DNA of 64,000 nucleotides. Source: Selaginella moellendorffii (Eukaryota; Plantae; Lycopodiophyta). Location of the stretch: positions 737,955-801,954 of the forward strand of contig NW_003314283.1 in NCBI RefSeq assembly GCF_000143415.4. The letters run 5' to 3'. How positions within the stretch are numbered: position 1 is the stretch's first letter; every line of letters starts with the position of its first letter. The notes below the pieces were generated by a model. That model was not told where the DNA came from. It saw only the letters and a program-made list of their open reading frames with translations, and did not search any database. This document shows positions 50,405-63,056 of the stretch, piece after piece. A program made the position numbers and the translations under genes.

Positions 50405-50420
50405 TAGTGGAGATGAGGGG
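50405..50420 (+). promoter_or_regulatory. Primer-binding site, tRNA-Ala-like
   Basis: tagtggagatgagggg next to the LTR end; about 2 mismatches to TGGTGGAGATGCGGGG (plant tRNA-Ala 3' complement, from memory). Confidence 0.6.
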
Positions 50421-53150
50421 CACCTTTCATTATCCCTGAGGAATCCTTGGATTTGGAATTTTGGTTTAGATTTAGCTTTTGCATTGTTTAAATTTAGCTT
50501 TTTTCATTTCCTTTCTTTCATTCTTTCCTTTCAAAATTTTAGTTTAAATTTAGCTTTTCCATTGTCTAAATCTCCCTTTTCTTTTAATTTTTTTCTCATT
50601 TCTCTTCTTTTGCTCTTTCTTTTTCATTCATTTTCATGGCAAAGTAGTAGTCTCCTCTTCTAACTTTGAAGTAACAGTTGGTGCAATTGTTTAATACCAT
50701 GCAGTTGTAATTGAACAACCAAACTTAGTTGATGACGACATTCACAGCATGTGGTATAGTTCCTCTTGCTCTTTGTGCCAATCCTTGCGTTCGGCCATAA
50801 TTATTTCATAGGAATCCTGGGGATGATGTGTACCATTGGCTTGATCACTTCATAATGATTGCCATATATCATTCTTGGGATGATACTCGATATTTGTGTG
50901 AGTTTCTCACGTATCTTTAAGGGACGGTGTTGCAGTGGTACAATGGTTTGAATGCAACCATTCGTGGGGATTGGATCCCGAACATTTTCAAACGCACATT
51001 CAGACATGTTGATGATTGTGATGATGCCTTTCAGGAATTGCATCGTCTTCGTCAAGGGCTATATGAGTCGATGATGCAATTTGGCGTTCATTTCTGAAGC
51101 TTCTTACTTTGTGTGGAGCCAAATATGTCAAAGCGGATCAAGCTAGAAATGTTGTGGCCAGCACTTCGCCAAGATTTTGTTGGACTTATGCATGCACTTG
51201 CTCCAACCACCCTTGACGATACTCTTTGTTTGGCATAACATTATGAAACGTCGCCTCTTCCACTTCTCGTTGCCCGTCCTTCTACTCCACTTCCGATGGG
51301 TGATGGTCCTGTTCCAATGGAGGTTGATGCTGCTGCTGCTCAAGTCCAAGGACAAAGGCGAGGATGTGGTCGTAGCCGTGACATTTGTTGTTGGGCATGT
51401 GATGAAGTTAGTCACACTTATCGGCATTGTCGGCGTTTTCTAGATGGCGACTTCCATTTCCTAGATGGAGACCTTGGTGTTAACAACATTCTGTTGGTGC
51501 TATTGTAGTGGAAGGTTTGGACATCGAGATGCATCCGGGAAACGAAGAGTCACACAAGTAACGGAGGGATCTTGCGCGAATAAGTTAATGACCCCTCCAT
51601 TTTTCTTTTAGGAGCATCATCAAGGGGTTCACTTGGCACTAGTTCATCCAGTGTTTACTTTCCAAACTCGTTTTTATAACAAAAGGTCTCTTATTATTCT
51701 CTCTGTGTTGGTTGATACAGGTTCAAGTTTATCTTTTATTGCTCGACCTATTGCCACATGTTGCTGTCTACACTTGCATCGTGTGGTGGAACCAATTTTC
51801 ATTTTTTATGGCAATAGCTGTACACTTACATATGCACGGGATGAGGTGGATTTGGTTGTGCATGTGGGTGATCTCAAGTTTGAGTTGCAATCATTACGGG
51901 TGGTGTTAAGTCAAGCTTTTGACTTCATCCTTGGTATAGATTGGTTGCAATGCAATTATGCCAAATGTAACTTTGAAACTTCTCCCCCTTGTCTCATACT
52001 TCTTTATGTTTCATCTATTCTTTTGACTTCCATACCTCTTTGTCTCTCTACTTTTACCTTTACTTCCATTACTTTTGTCCCTTCACTATTTCCTCTTATG
52101 TTTCTGTTTTGTTCTACTCTTCCCTTTTCCAATCCCTCTAACAATCTTTGTGTTGCAATGGTTGACTGGCTCATGAAGGAGTATTTTGATCTTTTTGAAT
52201 TTGACCTATCATCTGGGGCAAACTTTCAAAACATTTCCTGCAGGACTTCCTCTGCTGTGGTGGTGGGGAACCGAGCCTGGCGTTGTTCTTACAGACCTTG
52301 ACATGATCAGTCATCCGATTCCAACCAGGGATGCTCGTCCAATCAAGGTTTCTGTTCGTTGTCGGTCACTCAAAAAAATCAAGATTTTACGTGTAAACGT
52401 CAAGGAAATGTTGGAGAAGGGTGTTATTTGGAAGTCGTGGAGTCCTTGAGCATGTCGTGACAAATTCTGATAGGAGTATTCATTTCTGCATTGACTATCA
52501 TCCGTTAAACGAAGTGACGGTCCCGAATGTGTACCCTCTTCCTCACACTGCTGATCTCTTGGACTGTCTGAGGCAAAGTCATTAGTTCACCAAGCTAGAT
52601 TTTGCTTCTGGGTACTGGCAAATATCGATGGCCAAAGAAGATATTCATAAAACTGCTTTTTGTACACCATTTGGTTTGTACGAGTTTTTGGTGATGCCAT
52701 TTAATTTGAATAATGCTTTAGCAACTTTCAAGCAGATGATGGACAAGGTTCTTTGTGATATGCTGAAAGTGACTACTGTCTTCATTGATGATGTCTTGAT
52801 TCACTCGGAGGGGACTTTAGAAGAGCATATTCGTGATGTTTGTAAAGTGTTGGATCGGCTACGGGACATTAGTCTAAAACTAAAGCGGTCAAAGTGCGTG
52901 TTTGGGTCCAAAGACACAATTTATCTTGAGTACCATATTTCTTGTGAGGTTTTGCAAATTAATCTTAACAAACTTGTGGCTATTCTAAAATTCCCTACTC
53001 TGAAGTGTGTGAATGATGTATAGTGCTTTTTGGGCAAAGTGCAATATCTCGGTCATTTTGTGAATCATTTTTCTGATCGCACTACACTGTTGCAAGCGTT
53101 GCTAAAGTTATCAATGTCATCTTTCATCTAATCTCCAGATTGTGAGCGGG

Positions 53151-54794
53151 TGTAACGCACCTTATCTCTCTCCCCTTAAGCCAACTGGAAAAGGGGCAAT
53201 TGCTTGATGAGAAAGCCCTTAGTGGCTATTTTATCCCCATTTATCCCCCAAGGTTCCAAGGATCCACGGTGACAGTATATCCAAATCTCATCCCATGCTC
53301 ACATGCGCTACACTCACCCCCCCCCCCCCCCTTGAGAGATGTCAATGTCCTCATTGACTATTGACTAACAACCCCTATTGAGCCAAGGGGAACTAGCACT
53401 TCCATTTCCGCACTCAATCTACCAATCCTTCCATTGTGTAGACTGTCTATTCCATGTGAGGCAACTAGTCATCCACCCGTACCGTAGTCCCACGGTGGAT
53501 ACCTTCGTCTGGGATGCTCCACAAGAGGAAGGATGTATGCATGGATGTCCAATATGTACGATTTTAAATTTTAGGGGTAGGAATATACCTTGCTCAAGGG
53601 TATATTATATTTTAGGTAGCCACTAATCAATGGGAATTGAACCCGTGCCATTTTCTCTGATACCAACTATAGCGCACGTGGTTTTGACCATTTATCCTAT
53701 GGTGATTTACCATAGGATAACACCATGAAGCGGAACCTAAACCCTCTTTATGCCACGTGACAGATGCCACATGTCCATGCCACATGTCCATAGGAACCCG
53801 AGGTTCAGGGCCTTGGGCCACTGAACGAAGGAACGGTGCCAGACTCCCAAGCATGAAGCCAAAGAGTGATGGAACCGAACCACGGAGCAACTCCCAAGCA
53901 TAAAGCCCAAGGAGCAAAGGAACAGGAGCCCGGAGCAACTTGGAACAGTCCTAGAGTAACCAACATCCCAATGCCAGGACCAGCATGCAAAACGGAGCCA
54001 AATGGTGTCTGGCACTATTTCGGCATACCGGTGGCCTAACGTAAGGACATGGGTACTCCACCAGCTAGCATGGAATGGACTTGGGCTTAGACCCAAGCTG
54101 GACGCAGAACAAGGACAAACACGTCAGCGGGAGCTAGACTATGCCTCAGGTTGGTCGGCCATGCCCGACCTACCCACTATCCCTATTATACATTGGGAAC
54201 CCCCCACAGCCCCCCCCCCCCCCCCCTTGAGGAACACACGCTTTGGGCCCAAGCCTCCCTTAGTATCAGGAGTTAGTCTCTGGGACAAGCTTAAAATTTA
54301 CTAAATATGGAATGTCCCTAGATTGCGAATTTGGACACAGGACGAACACCATTGTGTTCAGGACAATCTCTACATTCCATAGATATGTCAAATGAGCAAA
54401 TCTGGACACTTTCCATAAATAGCATTTGGGACCGAAATGAGACTAACACTAAGGGCATGATAGCGAGGGTGTTTGGCAGACACGGTAAGCTATCATCTAG
54501 CGATATTGAGGGACCAAGCTCAATATTGCGGGGGTTCCCAACACTAGCAAGTGCAAGTCAACGAATGAGTTTCTCTAACCAGGTCAAGTATGCTTGACAA
54601 ATAGCACTTAGGAATTCCGTCCTTATGCCCATCTGGTCAAGTGCACACGCGAGGACCAGTTTCTCAACTAGCTTAGGTGGAGACTGATAACAAGCCCAGC
54701 AATACCGACCTCCTGCCATTGTGGCAGTAAGAAAGAATATCCGAAAGGACTAGCTGACAGGTAACTTTCGATACCCAAAGTCACATTCGCGACA
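53151..54794 (-). mobile_element. Nested non-autonomous LTR-type insertion (1644 bp) with a 5-bp TSD GCGGG
   Basis: TSD 53146-53150 / 54795-54799; TG...CA termini; minus-strand PBS TGGTATCAGAG (tRNA-iMet) at ~53655-53665; poly-G PPT at 53317-53331 followed by a 162-bp LTR-like unit 53151-53312. Confidence 0.88.
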
Positions 54795-55399
54795 GCGGGT
54801 GTTCATGGATTTCAAAGAGCTATTGATGACTCCTCCGGTTTTGGTATATCCTGACTACACTCGACCTTTTATTTTGCGTGTGGATGCACTTGGCCCTCAC
54901 AACATATTTATAGAATAAACAATAGTTGGTTCGTAATCTTCTAATGATAAAATTATTTATATAATGTATTTGCTATTTAATAAGAAGTATATTTACTACT
55001 ATTGGCTGTGGTGAAAATTGAAACCCAAAACTTACTATGCACATGATAGGCATTTAGGATAAGTATAGACTTATATGTAAATTTTATTTTTAGATTAACT
55101 TAGATTTGAAAGAGTATTCAACACAAATTTATATTTTCTTTTTCATTGTTTTAGTATTTATTTAGTAGTTCATTGTCTCCCTTTCTCTTAATGTTGAGTT
55201 CTTAACAATTAAACAGTCTAATATCAATAATTTCCTTAAATTCTCTTCAACTCTAGTCAGATCTTAATACTCTATAAAAGTTATATAAAACATTAGAGCA
55301 ATCCAATATAACACTTCATTTATAACTCTAATAAATTATTTAATACCAACAATGGCTTCCTTAGAGAGGTGATGAACTCAAAAGACAAAGGACATAACT

Positions 55400-58300
55400 T
55401 TATAGATTGAACTTTTGGCACTTTAGGCAACACTTGGCATAGTTTATGGGATCTTGATGCATTATTGTCCAAAAATATCTATGCCGAAGAAGAAGTTGAA
55501 CTGTGGTCTTCCCAAAAAAGTATCTTGCATAAGTGTGGGAGGTTTACAACAACTGGGGAACCTTTTACTCCATGACACAATAGAGAAGAATGCAAGAGGA
55601 AGTTTGCTAATATAAAGAGCCATCGAGAAGGCAATAGCTAGATGCCTTGACATCAGGAGTTGATCATTGTTCCCTTGTGAGGTTCACTAGGAACTCATTT
55701 TGAGGCTAAGTATGTTGCCACCTCTTCAAGAGCATATGGAATGGCTTGGGTGTTCACCATTGATACTAGGAATTGATTGGGATCAAGAATACACCTTTGC
55801 TTGATGACAAACTTTGGTTGGAATTTTTGGATGGTGGTGATCCATGAAAGAACATGTGTGTTCTAAAGAGATTTCTGTAGTACAAATGTCATTACATAAG
55901 AAGAAACATGAAGAAAGATATCTCTTTCAAGGAGCATATGTTGGAAATGCTAAAGAGTGTACACCATTGTGACAACCTCTTTTTCAACAGTCACAAACTT
56001 TTGCTTAGACTTTGTCATAGAGTGGAAAGCAAAGTATGTGGCATGAAGTGGCTAATCTATTGTAGCAATGAAAGCTCCAAAAGCTCATTCATCAGTGGTG
56101 ATAAAGATGTCAAAAGGTTGGCCAAGGACTAATGGTTGTAGAACTAGAGCTTGCTACAACATTGTGTGTAGTTTGGTGAAAGCCTGTTGGGCTGAATCAT
56201 CCTAGAGAAAGGATGTGTCATTCTTCCAGTGGATGTGTGAGAGAGGCATAATTGTGGATGAACTGATGGAAGAAACCAGTTTGGCCAAGAAATCATCACA
56301 TTTTCTTAACATTTTCTGGTGAAGGGAAGTTAAGAATCTCTTTTCTCTTTGTATCGTATGGTTGAATTTCATCACGAGAGACATTAAAACCAAGGAAGTG
56401 GCATTTTGTGATATTGAAGTTACACTTTGCAATGATGTTGGCAACAAAGAAAAACTTGCTCCAAGTGATGAAAATATGCATCAAATATGACTAAGACAAA
56501 GTAGAGATCATCCATGTAAACTTGAGGAATATCCCCTAAGATATCATGGAATGCATGGGTCATAAAATGCTAGAATGTGGCTCCTGTGTTACAAAGCCCA
56601 AATGACAACATGCTAGAATGTGGCTCCTATGTTACAAAGCCCAATTATAACTTGAGAACCTGTCCACAAAAGAGTAGAAGGGATGGCCTGTCAACTTATC
56701 AATGATAGAGTCTATAAAAGGCATAGAAAAATGATCTTGTAGTGTGACTTTGTTGAGATCTTGAAATTCCATATAAAGCCTAAGTTTGTCTTTGATGTTG
56801 GGTAACAACACTAGATTGTAGTGGCACATCTTATGCTTGATAGGCTTTATTGATCTTGAAAGGGTGATGCAATGTATGATTATGTCCATGGGAACTCTTG
56901 GAAGCTAGGTAAAGGCATCCTTGAATCTCCAAAGTAGGAGTTGGGTGTTAACAATCCTAGACACTTTCCATAAATGGCTAATAGAGGGGCATGATATTGA
57001 GAGTGTCTTAGTAGACAAGTGCACTCAAGTGTAAATCTATCAGAAGAAAATCCGCATCCAAACTTGCATAAAGCAGCCATCCTAGTGTAGTTGGGATATC
57101 CTAGTGAGCTGTAGGGGCCAGAGGGGTGTGGTCCTCAAGTAAAGAGGCCAAACCTATTGCTTGCATATCCCACAGTAATGTGAAGGGTAAAGGTGGCAAA
57201 AAGCACAGGCCTTGCAGAAAAGGTTGAGTTGCCATCATATATTAGTCCTGGTATTGATTGACTTGTAGTTGACACAGAAAACTCATGGATGGCACTAATG
57301 CTATATACCTCTGTCTCCGGCACTGATGCTATTTACCTGAAACAAGTTGAACTTACTGTCTGATTTCCTGAACTAGGGAAGACCAGGGTGAATTAGACAA
57401 CTTGATGACTCCTGCCTCCAACATCCTGCATACTTACTTGGCTACCACTTGCCTTTGCTTCAGAGTTTCTCGATATGGTAGCTGCTTGATCAGCCTCTTA
57501 GAGTCTTGTGTCGCAAGAGACTTGTCTTCCCAAGTGTCCAGTATTGAAAATATCCCTGAACTCTAGAAGAAACTCATCCAGCCTATCTAACTATCTTGAC
57601 TCCTCTGCAAAATTACCAACCTTCAATGTGTTGTTGTATCAAGTATAGTTGATCTCTTTTGTTATATTAAGTGTTGCTTGCCACTTTGGGATAGATGATA
57701 TAATCATATATGATGGCTCTGTTGCAAATTGATGTAAAGTTTTCTTGATCCATTGTATTGTATACTAAGTTGAATATTTGTTTCTTAAATTTTAATTGGT
57801 AGTTTCTGAATTACTTCTAAGAATGTTCTAGTGTCCAACATCTAAAGAATGAATTTTCACTGATTCCACCTTGTATGTTGCTTGTTGTTTCCTATCATTT
57901 TGTTTCCCCAATTCTAGGGATGTAGGTGTTGTTCAATTACTTCCTAACGTCTAGCACATTCTCTTTCAAGGTCAGTGTTGATTGCCTTGGGAGCTTCCCA
58001 AGGTATAACCTCAATCAGTATTCTTGCATTATAGGTTTGTAGTCTTGATATAGGATCTCCTAAAATAAGTTGGTATTTCTTAAGCTTGTTCTTCCATGTT
58101 GGCCTTGAAGAATGTTTATCTCTAAACTTAGATTTCAATTTTGGATCTCAGTCTTGAAGTCAAAGTTCAAAAGTGAATTCAATCTTGATTGAGGTATTAT
58201 TCAATTTTGCCTTGAGTTTCTTCTTTTCCTTCTTTGATTTCTATGTTCAAGCTCCAGTTCAAGTTGATCTCTTGAACTTAGGTTTTGAGTTCAAGGTTGT

Positions 58301-59900
58301 CTAACTTGATTTCATTATCCTGATTCCTTAATTCTTCAGCTATCATTGTTTGTCCTGCCAATATGCTATGGTGTATAGTCTAACAAGAGTACTTTTTGGC
58401 AAAGTTACTCAAGAGGTCCTTGAAGAATTTGGTAGAGTATTTTGCATTTTCCTCAAAATCTCTAAATCTAAGGGCATTGTAGCTCAAAAGTTCCACATTT
58501 TGTTTTTGCTATAACTCTAGTTAATTCAGTGTTGAGGACAAGTGTTAGTGGTTGAAAGGTTTCTAGCTTATGTGTGCAAAGAAACTCAATTATTGTTTGC
58601 TAAAAAATGTGTCTTCTATACACCCAAGTCAAAATTCTCCTTGTTGCAAAGTAATCTAAGAAAACAAGTTGTTATTTTGGTATAGTTTCATTTACATATT
58701 CTTTCTACTTGCTCATAATCCTGTAAATTAACCACAAGACAACCTCTCGAATCTTAAGAAAGCATATAATACTTTCCCTATCTTCTTTTTCTATGTTGTT
58801 TTCATTTTCTTTAATCCCTAGAATTTCATTTACTAAGTTCACCTTGTTTTCTTAGATCTTACTTCTACTACCACTTTTTCATCCTTGATTCTCAATTTAG
58901 CTTTTGCCCTTTTGCAAATGTCACAGTTCCATTTAGGATATCACTACATATGTAAGGTTTGAAGCAATTCCTAAAATCACACAAAAGGCAATCTTCATAT
59001 TTTGTACAGCTTCTATCCCCAAATGGGCAATTGTGCTTTATCATTCTTCATCCATGATCAATAGTTATTTTGTGTCAACCACTTGCCAAAATAATTATGT
59101 GCTACTTTTTGATTTTTGAAAGCTTCAATCTACACATTTTTTTTATGTCTTGGGTCTTTGTCATGTTTTTTAACTTTAGTTCTTCATATTTGTCTATCAC
59201 TTCATTTTTTTTTCTTTTCTTGTTTTCACTGAGTTTTGTTGATTTCTCTTTTCTTGCAATTCTTCACTTCATTACACACAAAAATTTTATCTTGCTATAC
59301 TCTATGCTCTTCATGTTGCCTATCCCACTATGGTCGCTAGTGGAAAACCTACAAAAAATCCCCCACTGAGATCTTCCAAGTTTTCTAATCTTATTCCTAA
59401 AGCTATAGCTATACTACAAGAAAAATGCTCTTACTCTCTTGTACCAAGCCATGTTGTGTATGTAAATTGGGAAGCACTAAAGTTGGATTGAAGTCTAGGG
59501 CATTAATCCAATTGGTTTACCAAGCTTGGAATGCACTAGAGCAAGTTGCCAAAAGAAATTTGAATTTGCTCTAATAAGTATGCTAGGAGTGTGGTTGTGG
59601 TGTTTTGAAAAAATGGAACACTCTATTGTAAATCACTATGTGAGTGGAAAACCAAAAGAAACCAAACTTGAAGACTCAAGTTTAGGAATGCATTCTTGAG
59701 TGAATCAACATTAGGGATGTATTTCGAACGTTCACTCAAGATGACATATGAGTAGTGGCTACTATAAAAGTTGGACTTAGAATATTTGAGACTCATTTCT
59801 AATCCAAAAATATATTGCAATACATCTCCCATTGTTTAACTCCTTGGCTCTTCATTGCAATTCCTTACTTACTCATTGAGCTCTCATCAAAAGAAGCTCC
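55400..59900 (-). mobile_element. Second degenerate Gypsy element (Athila/Tat-like non-chromovirus), minus strand
   Basis: RT LRLYMEFQDLNKVTLQDHFSMPFIDSIIDKLTGHPFYSFVDRFSSYN (56632-56790); KCHFLGFNVS; PBS tagcgaccatagtggga (59323-59339, tRNA-Arg(UCG)-like) abutting an LTR end at 59341; outer boundaries approximate. Confidence 0.8.
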
Positions 59901-61899
59901 AAAAAAAACCATTAGAAGATCATTGTATTTTTGTGCCTCTACCATACTCACCACCTTCTATTTAGCCTAATGTCTTTGCCCATGCTCATTGAGAAGAGTT
60001 GCTAACTATTGTCCATCTGAGATGGTCATTGTTCATAAGCACTAAGTCCATTGCTTTGTGTCAAGACTAGACAAGGATGATATAGTCTCCATTGTGAGAT
60101 GCTCTAGCTGCCCCATAATCAACCACTAAGAAATCACACCTTGAAGTGTGTACACCTCTATAAATACTCATTGGGACAATAGTATGGTTGGCAAATGTCT
60201 TGAGAATGATTGCTATAATAAATGAAATTTCTAGGCCCAAATGAAGCATAAGGTGTAAAGAAATTATATTTGCTCCCATAGCCAAAATCTAAAACTATTC
60301 CATCAATCAATGTCCTAACAATCGCAATTGGTGTGAGAAAAGTGCTTGGATCCAATTGAACTTGCCCAACCTAGAACTTTATAAACACTCAAGGCTAAAG
60401 TATTCTTGGAGAGATAAGGACTCCATACCAAAGTCTCCAGGTCTATCACACACTCAACTAAATGTTCTTTTATTACAACTTCTACTGCATAGTTGCCAAC
60501 TTACTTGTTGCAGAATCTTCTATATATAGTAAGATTCTTATCTCCTAACATTCCTCTTATAAAAGCATGTGAAACATCACTTAGTTAATATAAATAGTTC
60601 ATGAGTAATCTTATTATTAGGCAAAATGGCTCTAAGGGTAATTATGATATTTATGATTTTAATTTTGGCATTAGGCACCTGCTTTGACCACCTAATCAAC
60701 ATATGTCAAAAGTCAACAAGGGTATATTGGATAAGGATGGTGGAGCTTTTGAGGTAACTTGGGGTGGTTGGGCAGTTAGGAACTTAAAAAGGTAATTTAG
60801 ATAAGATTAGGCCACTTTGGCTTTATTATTTAGTGCAGGGTTATTAGAGGAGTTGGAACTAAGATGAAGGTTGGAGTCCTAATATTAATGGTGATACTAA
60901 TAGTAGTGTTAATGGAGTTTATAAAGGTTTGGACTATCCATGATGTTGTTCATGAGTTGCAAACCCTCAATAAAAATTAGTAAAAGATGTTATGACATGA
61001 TAACTACCATGCATGGGCAATATTGAGGCACTCGAAGCTGACAACAGTAGTGCTCCAAATAAAACTTACTTGATAGATCAATTTAAGATTTCAACTTTTT
61101 TTAGTGATAGCGGTGTGAATGAGTATTTAGCTTGGTTAGCCAATGTGAAAAAGTGGCTTCTAGAAGAATTTTAAATATAAAGGTTTTAGTGGTTATTCCA
61201 ATGGTTTTGCATGATAGCAAACTTTCTCATAGATATACTAGCCTATATGAAGTGTTAAACTACATTGGTAAAGTGGTTTATCAAATGCAACCAATTGTAT
61301 TTGGGATTGAATTTATCTGGGAAAATTCATCTGGGATAAAATTTATCTAATATTTTATGTTAGCTTGGAATGAAGGGTCTAATGATTCCTTAATATATAC
61401 AGCTAAAAGCTTGAGCAAAGTTCCTTAGAAAAGGTGATTATTAGTATAACTCATGTTTGGGACAAAGACTCTATTAGGAAGAATAGTTAGATGCCAGCTT
61501 GATCAACATGGGTCAAATTTAAGGTCCAAGGGTAAAAAACATAATCTACCCTAAGGGTTAAGACTGAAGTATAGTGAAGAACATTAAAAGGAAGTGTAGC
61601 ATAGTTTAGGTGAGGTTAGGCCTTGGTTATAATATGAAATCCTTGTCTTCTAGCATATAACAATTCTACAAAACACATCATACATCACTTTCCACAAACT
61701 TTTAAATGACAATTTGCAAACTTAAAATTAATCTCTCAATGCTACAAGTGAAATATCACACTCAGAAGTTTATAACTGTGAACTTCAGAATTCCAGAACT
61801 CATGGCAGACACTTTGTTGGTTCTCATATTCATGGCATTTTGTGTCATAAGCTAGAATTAAATACGACCGATTGTGCTCTCCACCAGGGGTACTTAGAG

Positions 61900-62500
61900 G
61901 GATTCCACTTTTCCATGCTCCATCCATGAGAGGCTATCGCCCCTTGAGTGCTGCACATCAAGCAGGAAATCCAAGCTTCCAGCAGGACATCACTCGAGTT
62001 GTGCAAAGCCGCTGGTCTCTTGTGCGGTGATGAAGATCATGAGCTCTTTCAGCACCACCATGACCACCATCACGACAGGAGCGCTATGGAATCCTCCACT
62101 TGAGATCTTGCCGAGAGGACCTTCTTCCAGCTCAAGACGCTTGTTGGTGCCAAGAACATACAGGTGCCACCGCCGCTGTGCTGGGAAAACTCCATCCCTG
62201 TGAGTAAACAACTCCATCTGCTGCTAGAGCCTGCGCTTGCATCCATGAATCTGTCCCAGCTCCTGAGCCAGTCTCCATTTGCAGTGACGAGCAAGGATAG
62301 CCTGGCGATATGCTGGTATCAAGCATGAGACCAACGCTTGTCACATCTCGGCAAAGTCAGGCCTCTTCGACCCTCCACAAGCTCGACTTGAAGTATACGG
62401 TCAACACTCTGGAGTTTTATCCAAACAAGCCATTCCAGGTGGTGGAGACGAGCGTGGTGGCTGCAAATGGATATCTGGCCTGTCATCCATGACTTTCCCA
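61900..62500 (-). pseudogene. GC-richer gene remnant, possibly PPR-like
   Basis: Weak similarities only (YFKSSL..EEA..RDVTS; MELFTHRDGVFP). Confidence 0.25.
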
Positions 62501-62809
62501 TTCGCCATCTTCATGTGCCACACAATACCGAACAGTCTCGTGTTGGAGGTGGATCTACTGAGAAGTTCTTCCAAAAACACGAAGCGTGCCATGGTGTATG
62601 GATACCTCTGATTTTGCGCCTTCTCACATCTCTTTTAAGATTCTTAATACCAAGCGAGAGGTTTGTCACTGGCTTCCTACTTCTCATCTTGTGTGGTATT
62701 AAGCACCAAGCCTGAATGCTAGCGTGATTATATAGTAGAGTGTGATCACTAGGAGAATAAGGATTATGTGACTCTCCATGCCTTAAACGTCTTTTAATGA
62801 GCCATCCTG

Positions 62810-63056
62810 AGGCTGAGGATCTTCTTCCCAGCGAAAGAAGAAGACGTGATGCTGAGCGTCCACTAGATCTCTTATGAGGACCACAACGGAGGGCCATCCC
62901 AGCGAAGTGGTGGCAACGAGCAAAGTCTAGGAATCCACATCATTGTATGGGGTGGAGTGCAGGCGCGCTGTGTCGCTTGTGTTGGTCTCTCCGCCTGGGC
63001 AGAGCGATGCCACACCCTGCGCTCGTGCTGGCACCTCCAATCCATCCGTGGACACC
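62810..63056 (+). pseudogene. Deleted duplicate of the Fic gene (parent ~48748-49056)
   Basis: ctgaggatcttcttcccagcgaa, gctgagcgtccac, gccatcc.agc.aagtggtg, caaagtct..gaatccac and tccatccgtggacacc, all collinear with the parent. Confidence 0.9.

Larger units (their letters stand above)
50180..54890 (+). mobile_element. Degenerate Ty3/Gypsy element, 5' half (LTR, PBS, gag, protease, RT, RNase H start); same family as 790-3340
   Basis: LTR 50180-50403 ending in CA; GDGPVPMEVD plus CCHC (CWACDEVSHTYRHC); VLVDTGSSLSFI; KTAFCTPFGLYEFLVMPF and FIDDVLIHS; resumes after the nested insertion as CERVFMDFKELLMTPPVLVYPDYTRPFILRVDA. Confidence 0.93.

Noticed and set aside
56566-56644. Short tandem repeat (atgctagaatgtggctcct.tgttacaaagccca, two copies) as an array or CRISPR
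   Set aside because: Only two copies, a local duplication inside a decayed RT
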